From Parasphingorhabdus sp. (GTDB lineage: Bacteria; Pseudomonadota; Gammaproteobacteria; Arenicellales; CAJQKF01): DNA of 64,000 nt. The notes under the pieces were generated by a model, which saw only the letters and a list, made by a program, of their open reading frames with translations, ran no database searches and was not told the origin of the DNA. Below are positions 26,607-35,150 of the stretch, one piece after another. Made by a program: the position numbers and the translations under genes. The stretch lies in the NCBI GenBank assembly GCA_047615875.1, contig JBLHGU010000003.1, forward strand, positions 8,476 through 72,475. Reading direction: 5' to 3'. Within the stretch, counting starts at the first letter, position 1. Each line of letters starts with the position of its first letter.

Positions 26607-28541
26607 CTACTCTAGTAAGGCAGATTCCCAGCCCACACTAACCGGTTTGCCCTGATTAAATCGGGACCACTCCAACTCTCTAGAAATTACGCCATCAGGC
26701 CTCAGTTTTAGCCTGCCAGTACTGCCTTGAAAAGACAAGGTAGGTGAATTTTTCATCTGCTCCAGACGGAATAGTAACTGATAAGTATCCAGGCCCAGAG
26801 CAAAGAGTCGGTCTAGCGACTTGCCACGATATTGGTTGGCCTCGGGTAGATTATCACGCATGAATTTGCTACTGCCAGATTCAATTACCATCCAGGGCAT
26901 GTCGCCGAAAACAATGCCGTCAAGATCAAGGTCTTTTACAGTCTCTCCTGCACCTGAGTATATTTGCGAAATGCTATAAACGGGAATGCTCGACGCGTTG
27001 TAAAAGTTTAATTGAGGTTTTAGTAGTCGGCCGGAATCACTTCTTGCTGTCAGGAATATAAAATCAAGATCCTGGCGTTTGCGCGCCAAAAATTCCAGAC
27101 TAACGCCTAGTTTCTGGCGCAATTTACGCCGTCTGGTTTCACTTTCATCTACGTTTAGCAGCAATTTTATAGTCTGAGTATGGTCAGATCGTTGTTCTGA
27201 ATAGGCGGCAGACTCTGCAATCTGACCACCGAGGCTGAGCCATTGTTCGGTGAACGCCTCTACCTGTCTTATACCCCAATCAATTTCCGGATGCAGTATA
27301 GCTGCAATTCTATGACCATCTGCAAATGCCCTTTTTGCCACCTCGCGGGCTTCTTCTTCTGGTGACAGTCCAAACTGAAAAACATTTTTCTTACCCTGTG
27401 GGATGGTATCAGTATTGCCCAGAAGCATTGTTGGTACGTGTAGTTCTTGTTCCTGAACCAGGGTGTCGACGGCGCTTTTTCCTAGTGGTCCAATAACTAA
27501 CTGGGCTCCTTCGCGAATGGCGGCCTTATAATAAAAGCTGGCTAGTTCAGGACGGTCACCAATATCATAAACCAATACTCGTGGTTTCAGCGGATTGGTG
27601 TCACGGGTCTGCATAACACTAAATCCATCGAAAAAAGCCTTGGCAGCTGCACCAAAACCTGAGGTTAAGGGTAGCAGAATTGCGACAGTATCGTATTGAG
27701 TAAGAACTTCACCAAGATTTGCCAGCAGATCCGGAATCAGAATCTGCGAGGCAGGGTGCGCTGGATTAAGCTGCTGCCATGTTTCCAACTGCTGTTGCAT
27801 AAGATGAGTATTCCAACCGGTCCTCTGGCTGAGAAGTGCTAATTCAGCCCACTTTGATAATGTAGGGAGTGGTGAGGTTATGTGCACCTGATTCAGTGTT
27901 TCTACCCCAATTAGGCTGAGCACTCGCCAAATGGTATTCTGGTTATGTAGAATTTCTCCATGTTGTTGCAAGAACGGTTCACGGGCCACCAGAAAACGCA
28001 GTGCAGCTTCTGGATTTGATAATGCCGATTGAGATTTGGCCCGTAACAGTAAAATGTTCGAAGTCATTCCACGATCCAGTCCAGGTTTCTCTGCCAGTCG
28101 TTTTAGAATCTTTTCACTACGTTTGTATTGGCCAGCCAGATAATGACTGCGAGCTAGCAGCAGTAAATGACGTTGTTGCTGCACAGGGTTGAATGTCTCC
28201 ACCTGTAGTCCTTCCAGCATTGTACGCGCAGTGGCGTCCTGGCTCAGATCGAGGAAGCCCTCGATGGCATCCAGCAAATAATCATTGTGCTGGACCCCGC
28301 TCGCCTGTCGAGATAATTTAATGTAGTGCCATGGCGATGTCGCACCCTGATCATCTTGTAGTGCCGTTGTCGTTACCACCACCTTGGATTCTGGTTGGGG
28401 CACAACAACTGGTTGTACAGAAGGTTGGTGTTTGGTTTTCGGTATTGGCAGGTAAGAGCTAGCGGCACAGCCACCCAGCAGGATAGACAGGGTTATAACA
28501 CCGACTCTGTTTAGTGGCTTTCTTGTCAATGCTTTCTGCAT
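26607..28541 (-). CDS. lpoA: Penicillin-binding protein activator LpoA
   Basis: 644 aa. Lipobox LLGGC, an N-terminal TPR-like half and a periplasmic-binding-protein-like C-terminal half. Divergent from rsmI, as in enterobacteria. Confidence 0.85.
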   Translation of the reverse strand: MQKALTRKPLNRVGVITLSILLGGCAASSYLPIPKTKHQPSVQPVVVPQPESKVVVTTTALQDDQGATSPWHYIKLSRQASGVQHNDYLLDAIEGFLDLSQDATARTMLEGLQVETFNPVQQQRHLLLLARSHYLAGQYKRSEKILKRLAEKPGLDRGMTSNILLLRAKSQSALSNPEAALRFLVAREPFLQQHGEILHNQNTIWRVLSLIGVETLNQVHITSPLPTLSKWAELALLSQRTGWNTHLMQQQLETWQQLNPAHPASQILIPDLLANLGEVLTQYDTVAILLPLTSGFGAAAKAFFDGFSVMQTRDTNPLKPRVLVYDIGDRPELASFYYKAAIREGAQLVIGPLGKSAVDTLVQEQELHVPTMLLGNTDTIPQGKKNVFQFGLSPEEEAREVAKRAFADGHRIAAILHPEIDWGIRQVEAFTEQWLSLGGQIAESAAYSEQRSDHTQTIKLLLNVDESETRRRKLRQKLGVSLEFLARKRQDLDFIFLTARSDSGRLLKPQLNFYNASSIPVYSISQIYSGAGETVKDLDLDGIVFGDMPWMVIESGSSKFMRDNLPEANQYRGKSLDRLFALGLDTYQLLFRLEQMKNSPTLSFQGSTGRLKLRPDGVISRELEWSRFNQGKPVSVGWESALLE

Positions 28542-28638
28542 GCAATCTCTACAATTTACTAAAGGGTTTCCAGTCCGCGTATACTACTCAGGTTCACCGC
28601 CTCGTGCCATCCACAAAACCAATCGTTTACAAACCGCA

Positions 28639-29502
28639 ATGACAGATAACCAGGCACTTTATATTGTTGCAACACCGATTGGCAATCTGGATGATATTAG
28701 TTCGCGTGCTTTGAATGTGTTGCGTCAGGTGAATATTATTGCTGCAGAAGATACTCGTCACGCCAAAAATTTGTTAAACCATTATGCTATATCAACGCCG
28801 CTAATTTCTTACCATGATCATAACGAGCATAAAAGAACAGCGGCAATAATTCAGCGTCTTCAAGCAGGAGAGTCTATAGCGCTGATTTCGGATGCAGGAA
28901 CACCGCTAATCAGTGATCCGGGTTATCCACTGGTTCGAGGCGCGCTGGAAGCCGGGCTGAATGTCATTCCAATTCCGGGCGCAAGCGCAATGATTTGTGC
29001 TTTAAGTGCCGCAGGATTGCCAACCGACCTTTTTCAGTTTGTTGGTTTTCTTTCTTCATCCGTCTCGCGCCGCCGCCGCCGATTAAATGAATTGACCAAT
29101 TATTCAGGTACCATGGTGTTTTATGAGTCACCGCATCGAATTCAGGCCAGTCTGACAGATATGGCGGAATTGTTTGGCTCAACCCGCAGGGCGACGGTGT
29201 GCCGAGAGCTAACCAAAAAGTTCGAGAGCATTTGTCCAGGTCAATTGGGCGAACTGGCGAGGATCTTTTCGAGCGGAGAAGAGCCATCACGAGGAGAATT
29301 TGTCGTATTGGTTGAAGGATGTGAAGCTATAGATGCGCCATTGTCAGACTGGGTCGACGCCACCATCGAATTGTACGAGTTTATGCCGCTAAAAAAAGCG
29401 GCACGATTTATTTCGCGGCTTACTGGAGCCCGTAGCCAGAATCTTTACGCCGAGGCGGATTTGAAAGTTCGCGAACAGAACATCCTGGCTGACGACAGCT
29501 AG
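28639..29502 (+). CDS. rsmI: 16S rRNA (cytidine1402-2'-O)-methyltransferase
   Basis: LYIVATPIGNLDDIS.RAL..L..V..IAAEDTRH is the RsmI signature. I prefer the ATG at 28639; the track start at 28540 overlaps the lpoA start. Confidence 0.9.
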   Translation: MTDNQALYIVATPIGNLDDISSRALNVLRQVNIIAAEDTRHAKNLLNHYAISTPLISYHDHNEHKRTAAIIQRLQAGESIALISDAGTPLISDPGYPLVRGALEAGLNVIPIPGASAMICALSAAGLPTDLFQFVGFLSSSVSRRRRRLNELTNYSGTMVFYESPHRIQASLTDMAELFGSTRRATVCRELTKKFESICPGQLGELARIFSSGEEPSRGEFVVLVEGCEAIDAPLSDWVDATIELYEFMPLKKAARFISRLTGARSQNLYAEADLKVREQNILADDS

Positions 29503-29566
29503 CCCTTGAGTCCCGTTCTCTTTATGAGTTATCAGGATTAGGCAGACTTAATATGCCGTTTACTGG

Positions 29567-31975
29567 CTAAAAGAGATCCTCGACTTTTTTCTCGTCCTTC
29601 TTGTTGGGTCGATTAACCAGTTCAGATGTTGGGGTATTTACCTGGGGTTCTGTGCCCATAATAAAATAGTCTTCATAGGCATCAGGGTCTTCAGGTAATA
29701 CAGCCTCACCTGTTATTCGACTGACTGCCGTTTTAACCACGTTTTCCGGAACGGGCAGTGGTCTTTCTGCAACCCCTTCCAGCGCTGTTTTCATGTATTC
29801 GATCCACACGGGTAGCGCCGCTTTAGCGCCAGATTCGGATTTGCCCAGATTTGTCGGTTGATCGTAGCCAATCCAAACAGAGGCTACAACGTCCCGATTG
29901 AAACCAGAGAACCAGGCGTCACGAAAATCATTAGTAGTGCCGGTTTTGCCAGCTAAATCATCCCGCTTTAGCACCTCTGATCGTCGTCCGGTGCCAGTCT
30001 TCATGACCTGGTGCATAAGCTGATTCATAATGAAAGCATTTTCTGGAGAGAGCACTTGACGTGCATAACGCGGATCCATTTCAGCAGGGTTTTGCGCAAT
30101 ATCTAGTTCTGAAACCTCGCAATCTTCGCATTTTTTTACTCGATTGGAATACTCGATAATATTGCCGTTCTGATCCTCAACTCTAGCGATAAAGTACGGT
30201 TCAACACGATAGCCTCCATTAGCAAATACAGCATAGGCCGTGGCCACTTCAAGAGGGGTTAAAGTAGCAGTGCCGAGCGCTAGAGAAAGTCCTTTGGGCA
30301 ACTGTTCACGATCAAATCCAAAGTTCTCCAGATGGTCCAATGCTATTGGTAGTGTCATTGCGCGCAACAGGCGCACTGAAACGAGATTCATTGATTTACT
30401 CAGTGCTTCACGTATGCGAGTTGGACCGTAAAATTTACCACTGTAGTTTTCTGGTCTCCAAGTGCCTTCAATGGGATCTTCGACTACGATGGGAGCACCA
30501 CTGACCAGAGTAGAGGCAGTAAACCCATTGTTTAGCGCTGCAGAGTATATGAACGGCTTAAGATTGGAACCGGGTTGACGGCGAGCCTGAGTTACCCGAT
30601 TAAACTTACCTAAGTAGTAATCAAAACCGCCAACCAGAGCCAGAATGGCGCCATCTCCTGGATTAAGAGATACAATCGCTCCGGCTACTTCAGGCATCTG
30701 AGACAACTCCCAGTTTGACTCGCCCTCTTCTTCGACATTATCATTAGGTCGGACATAAACAATATCGCCAACTTTGGTAAATTTCTGTGGGTCTTTGCCA
30801 GCCCAACTCCAGCCACTTTCCTGTATATCTAATTGTCCCAGTTGTGGCGAGTAGGCCTGAATACTTTGATCTGATACTGCTATGACCATAACAGGTTGTA
30901 TCGACCAGCTGACAGGAAAAGCGTTGAGAATTTCACTGAGAGCGGCCGCATTCTCGACAAATTTAGGATCGACCTCTGTTAGAGGCCCCCGATATCCATG
31001 TCTCCTATCATAGTCCATAATACCGCGGCGGATGGACTGAGTGGCGGCTAGCTGGTTCTTCGACTGGATAGTTGTGTAAATTTGAAAGCCCGATTCGTAG
31101 GCGCGGTCACCATATTTATCGAAAATATAGTCTCTCGCCATTTCTGCAACATAGGGTGCATTCAGGTCGACGGGTGAAACGTGTCTCGATGCTGTGATCG
31201 GCTGTTCAACACCGATATCAAATTTTTCCTGTGATACAAAACCTGACGCAAGCATTCTGCCAAGCACATAATTTCGACGTTTTTTGGCATTTTCCGGATT
31301 AGACAACGGATTGTTTCGGGAGGGTGCCTTGGGTAATCCGGCTAACATCGCGATCTGGGCTAGATTCAGGTTCCCAAGCTCCTGATTGTAGTAGAACAAA
31401 GAGGCAGCCTGGAACCCATATGACCGATGTCCCAGGAAAATCTTATTGATATACAATTCAAGAATTTCGTCTTTTTCTAGTAATTGCTCCAATCTAAAAG
31501 CTAGAAAAATCTCTTTGATTTTTCGTGTGTAGGTCTTTTCGCGACTTAGAAAATAGTTTCGAGCAACCTGCATAGTTATCGTACTGGCGCCCTGGCCACG
31601 CCCGCCACTGGTTAGATTAGCTAGCGCCGCCCGCAAAATTCCGCGAAAGTCTACACCAGGGTGATTGTAAAAATTGTCGTCCTCGGCGGCGAGTATGGCC
31701 TGTTTAAGGCTAATCGGTACCTGCTCAATATCCACGGGCGTGCGCCGATAATCACCATACTCCCCGATCATCTGACCATCGATGGTGAAAACCCGTAATG
31801 GGACTTTAAGCTGAATTTCTCTAATAGCGTCTATAGATGGCAGGTTGGGCGAGAACTTGTAAATCACCACGCCAAGCACGCCAACTCCCAGTAAAGTCAG
31901 GGCGATTGTGGCAATTATCAGACTTTTGAAGACGGTTCGGAGCCGCGACGGACGGGAGGCCGGAAATGTAAACAT
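29567..31975 (-). CDS. mrcA: Penicillin-binding protein 1A (bifunctional glycosyltransferase/transpeptidase)
   Basis: 802 aa. GT51 motifs are AAEDDNFYNHPG and RKIKE. Transpeptidase motifs are SNLKP (SxxK-like region) and KTGTTND. Divergent from pilM. Confidence 0.92.
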   Translation of the reverse strand: MFTFPASRPSRLRTVFKSLIIATIALTLLGVGVLGVVIYKFSPNLPSIDAIREIQLKVPLRVFTIDGQMIGEYGDYRRTPVDIEQVPISLKQAILAAEDDNFYNHPGVDFRGILRAALANLTSGGRGQGASTITMQVARNYFLSREKTYTRKIKEIFLAFRLEQLLEKDEILELYINKIFLGHRSYGFQAASLFYYNQELGNLNLAQIAMLAGLPKAPSRNNPLSNPENAKKRRNYVLGRMLASGFVSQEKFDIGVEQPITASRHVSPVDLNAPYVAEMARDYIFDKYGDRAYESGFQIYTTIQSKNQLAATQSIRRGIMDYDRRHGYRGPLTEVDPKFVENAAALSEILNAFPVSWSIQPVMVIAVSDQSIQAYSPQLGQLDIQESGWSWAGKDPQKFTKVGDIVYVRPNDNVEEEGESNWELSQMPEVAGAIVSLNPGDGAILALVGGFDYYLGKFNRVTQARRQPGSNLKPFIYSAALNNGFTASTLVSGAPIVVEDPIEGTWRPENYSGKFYGPTRIREALSKSMNLVSVRLLRAMTLPIALDHLENFGFDREQLPKGLSLALGTATLTPLEVATAYAVFANGGYRVEPYFIARVEDQNGNIIEYSNRVKKCEDCEVSELDIAQNPAEMDPRYARQVLSPENAFIMNQLMHQVMKTGTGRRSEVLKRDDLAGKTGTTNDFRDAWFSGFNRDVVASVWIGYDQPTNLGKSESGAKAALPVWIEYMKTALEGVAERPLPVPENVVKTAVSRITGEAVLPEDPDAYEDYFIMGTEPQVNTPTSELVNRPNKKDEKKVEDLF

Positions 31976-32250
31976 ATTGCGGTAGTGTGAATGCTTTTTT
32001 GTCAGTCTGGCAGGGGAAGGAGTTGAGTCGAAATGATTTTGTCAGCAGATTTAGCTATGATACCAAATTACTTAGCATCGGGTAATGGCGCAAGCAGGAA
32101 AATCGAGTTCAGACAGAACCCAAACTTGTTGTTAAAAACCACGAGTGCGCGGTGATGATGTGCCGCAAATAAGGTAATTGTAGCATCTCCATTAAACTTC
32201 AAGTATATTCTTCGATTTATTATGACAAGTACTTATATTTAAAGGTTTTC

Positions 32251-33312
32251 GTGTTTAAAAATAAGAAGCCAATCAGCCTGGGAGTCGATATTGGATCGTC
32301 TTCAGTTAAGGTCATGGAAATGAGCGAGAGCCGGGAACGATACAAAGTAGAGCATTTCGCGGTCGAGCCGTTACCCAGAAACACAGTTGTGGAAAACACC
32401 ATAACTGATGTAGATCGAGTAGGAAAAGCAATTCGAACAGCTATTGCCAAGTCTGGCTCTAAGAGAAAACATGCCGTTGTAGCGGTGGCTGCAGCACAGG
32501 CGATGAATAAAGTCATCAGTGTGCCCGGCGGGCTCAGTAGTTTGGACTTGGATGAACAGGTCAATATTGAAGCAGAACACCATATTCCCTACGCGATTCA
32601 TGATGTCAATCTCGATTTCGAAGCACTTGGCCCATCACTGGAGAATCCAGCCAACGATGAGGTGTTGCTTGCGGCCTGTCGTAAAGAAATTGTCGAAGAG
32701 CGAGTTGCGGTGCTGGAGGTTGCAGGGCTGAAAGTTACTGCAGTTGACATATCCTCTCTGGCTAATGAGAGAGGGTTTAGTTTAATTGCCCCTAGTCTGC
32801 CTGATCATGGAGTCGAAAAGGTAGTTGCTATCCTTGATTATGGCACTACGTCAAGTCATTTATATGTTGTGCACCGCAGGCAGTTGGTATATCACCGTGA
32901 CTATCCCTTCGGTGGCAAAAGTTTAACCGAGAGTATTCAGCGTCGTTTTGGTATTTCCTATCAGGAAGCTGAGCACAAGAAACGTACCGGTGATTTGCCT
33001 GAAAACTATAAAGTAGACATATTGAGGCCATTTTTAGAATCTATGTCTCAAGAGGCTAATCGAGCAATTCAGCTGTTTTTGTCTTCGAGCAACTATGATC
33101 ATGTCGACAATGTATTTGTAACCGGAGGAAGTTCGGCATTGCCTAAAGTGGTAGAGAAAATCGGTGATAAAACCGGTGTTACTACCCGCCTGGCTAATCC
33201 GTTTGTAAACACAAAAATCGGTTCTAATGTCGATAAAAAAAGACTTTATCGATATGCCCCGTTACTTGGAACAGTCTGTGGGTTGGCAATGCGCGGAGCT
33301 GCACGTGAGTAA
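32251..33312 (+). CDS. pilM: Type IV pilus assembly protein PilM
   Basis: LGVDIGSSSVKV is an actin-like ATPase fold start. 353 aa, first gene of pilMNOPQ. GTG start. Confidence 0.92.
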   Translation: MFKNKKPISLGVDIGSSSVKVMEMSESRERYKVEHFAVEPLPRNTVVENTITDVDRVGKAIRTAIAKSGSKRKHAVVAVAAAQAMNKVISVPGGLSSLDLDEQVNIEAEHHIPYAIHDVNLDFEALGPSLENPANDEVLLAACRKEIVEERVAVLEVAGLKVTAVDISSLANERGFSLIAPSLPDHGVEKVVAILDYGTTSSHLYVVHRRQLVYHRDYPFGGKSLTESIQRRFGISYQEAEHKKRTGDLPENYKVDILRPFLESMSQEANRAIQLFLSSSNYDHVDNVFVTGGSSALPKVVEKIGDKTGVTTRLANPFVNTKIGSNVDKKRLYRYAPLLGTVCGLAMRGAARE

Positions 33313-33880
33313 AATTAACCTCTTACCCTGGAGAGAAGAGGTACGTAATCAGCGATCCAGGTATTTGATGATTGGCAGTGTCAGCTTGTGGGTAATCAGT
33401 GCACTGGTAGTCCTCGGTGTCAGTCAGTTTGTGACACATTTGCAGGAAGTTCAAAATGCTCGAAATGGCTTTCTGCGTGGTGAAATTAGTAAGCTGGATG
33501 ATGAGATAAAGGAAATACAGGAACTGAGAGAGCGTCGAGATCGCCTGGTTTCCAGAATGGAGGTAATACAAGAATTGCAACGCGATCGCACCGAGTTGGT
33601 GCAGGTGATGGACGAGCTGGTCAGACTACAGCCTGATGGAGTTTATTTTTCTAAGATGGAAATTAAAGGCAAAAAAATGAAATTGATTGGCCGTGCCCAA
33701 TCCAATACCCGGGTGTCCGCGCTAATGCGGAATTTGGAAGACTCGGCTCTGTTTCACAATCCGAACTTAAATATTATCGATGTAATTGAGGATGCCGAAG
33801 GCAAATTAAGCCAGTTCGATCTTGGCATATCCAGGGTTGGTCGTCAGCTTACAGCTGAGGAGCGCTTCAATGAGGGGTAG
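33305..33880 (+). CDS. pilN: Type IV pilus assembly protein PilN
   Basis: The GTG at 33305 gives VSKINLLPWREE (the INLLPWR motif) followed by a TM helix. It overlaps the pilM end by 8 nt. The track start at 33227 is inside pilM. Confidence 0.88.
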   Translation: MSKINLLPWREEVRNQRSRYLMIGSVSLWVISALVVLGVSQFVTHLQEVQNARNGFLRGEISKLDDEIKEIQELRERRDRLVSRMEVIQELQRDRTELVQVMDELVRLQPDGVYFSKMEIKGKKMKLIGRAQSNTRVSALMRNLEDSALFHNPNLNIIDVIEDAEGKLSQFDLGISRVGRQLTAEERFNEG

Positions 33881-33901
33881 TGCGATTCGCTGCGTTCGTA
33901 G

Positions 33902-34552
33902 GTGGCTGGAAATAGTGTAATGGCGATAGACTTTAGCGAACTACAGGATATAGATATATCCGATCTTAGTACCTGGCCGCAATGGTTTAAGGTTGCTATG
34001 ACGTTTGTAGTATTTTTTGCGCTGATATACGCAGGCTACCATTTTATAGTAAGCGCTCAGCTAAAAGAGTTGAGGCAACTGGAACAACAGGAAAAAAGCC
34101 TTCGACAGGTATTTCTAGATCGCAAAGCCAAAGCCATCAATTTACCTCTTTACCGACAGCAATTAGAAGAGATTGAGCGTAATTTTGCGATTATGGTTGA
34201 TCAGTTGCCGGACAAAACCGAGGTGCCGCAGCTTCTCATTGACATTACTCAGGCCGGATTATCGAGGGGCCTTGAGTTTCTGCGTTTCAAGCCCAACAAT
34301 ACACGTGAGGGAGATTTCTACGAAACTTTACCTATCAATCTTACAGTGCGCGGTACCTATCATCAAATGGGGAACTTCGTCAGTGATCTGGCAGCATTGC
34401 CTAGAATCGTCACCATGGGCAATGTAATCATCAATGGTGAGCCCAGTGGAATCCTAAATGTCCGGGCTGTTATCAGAACTTACCGTTATCAGGATGAATT
34501 TGAAATCAGGGGCGGTGATAGTGACGCCCGTGTACGTAAAGTCCGCGATTAA
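33902..34552 (+). CDS. pilO: Type IV pilus assembly protein PilO
   Basis: One TM helix, a coiled coil, then GLEFLRFKP...LPINLTVRGTYHQMGNFVSDLAALPRIV, which is PilO-like. The start is 33902 (GTG) or 33920 (ATG). Confidence 0.88.
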   Translation: MAGNSVMAIDFSELQDIDISDLSTWPQWFKVAMTFVVFFALIYAGYHFIVSAQLKELRQLEQQEKSLRQVFLDRKAKAINLPLYRQQLEEIERNFAIMVDQLPDKTEVPQLLIDITQAGLSRGLEFLRFKPNNTREGDFYETLPINLTVRGTYHQMGNFVSDLAALPRIVTMGNVIINGEPSGILNVRAVIRTYRYQDEFEIRGGDSDARVRKVRD

Positions 34553-34554
34553 TC

Positions 34555-35109
34555 ATGCCAGCTTTTAATTCAAGGTTGTATGGTCCCAGGTTGCCCGCAC
34601 AAGCTTTTGTCGCCGCCATGATCGTAATGCTCGCGGGTTGTTTGCCTGACTCCAGTCTTTCTGATTTGCGTCGGTTTACTCGTGAGGCCTATCAGGATAG
34701 ATCCCCTGAAGTTGATCCGTTGCCCGCAATGGAGCCCTACGAAGGGTTTCGCTACGGCGCAAGTGATGAGCCGGAACCTTTTTCAGCTGAAAACTTAAGA
34801 GATACGGAGCCTCAGCAAAATGATTTAGTGCTTGAAAAATTTCAACCCGAGCGTCGACGTGAACATCTCGAGCAGTTTCCACTAGACGCTTTGACCATGG
34901 TTGGTGCTATGTTTCAGGAGACGGGTTCCTGGGCTCTTATTGGCACACCGGATGGTGGCACGCATCGTGTCACATTAGGTAACCATCTTGGTCAACAAAA
35001 TGGTAAGATCATCGAAATAAATGAGCAGGACGTGGTTTTGAGAGAGGTGGTGCGTGGCCCAGCGGGCCAATGGGAGGAAAGAAAGACCACAATTACCCTG
35101 TTACAATAG
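34555..35109 (+). CDS. pilP: Type IV pilus assembly lipoprotein PilP
   Basis: Lipobox MLAGC, and the C-terminal beta-sandwich region LDALTMVGAM...ALIGTPDGGTHRVTLGNHLGQQNGKI..I. Confidence 0.88.
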   Translation: MPAFNSRLYGPRLPAQAFVAAMIVMLAGCLPDSSLSDLRRFTREAYQDRSPEVDPLPAMEPYEGFRYGASDEPEPFSAENLRDTEPQQNDLVLEKFQPERRREHLEQFPLDALTMVGAMFQETGSWALIGTPDGGTHRVTLGNHLGQQNGKIIEINEQDVVLREVVRGPAGQWEERKTTITLLQ

Positions 35110-35150
35110 CTTACATTTCACTTAATTATCGCACCCAATACAGATTAAAC

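Noticed and set aside
33227-35150. The long track starts for pilN (33227) and pilQ (35070). The same issue applies to rsmI (28540), the CsaA-like gene (6177), the Rieske gene (7917) and dolP (26248).
   Set aside because: These extensions overlap the preceding gene substantially and add non-conserved residues. Internal starts give canonical N-termini (INLLPWR, signal peptides, ATG/stop overlaps).
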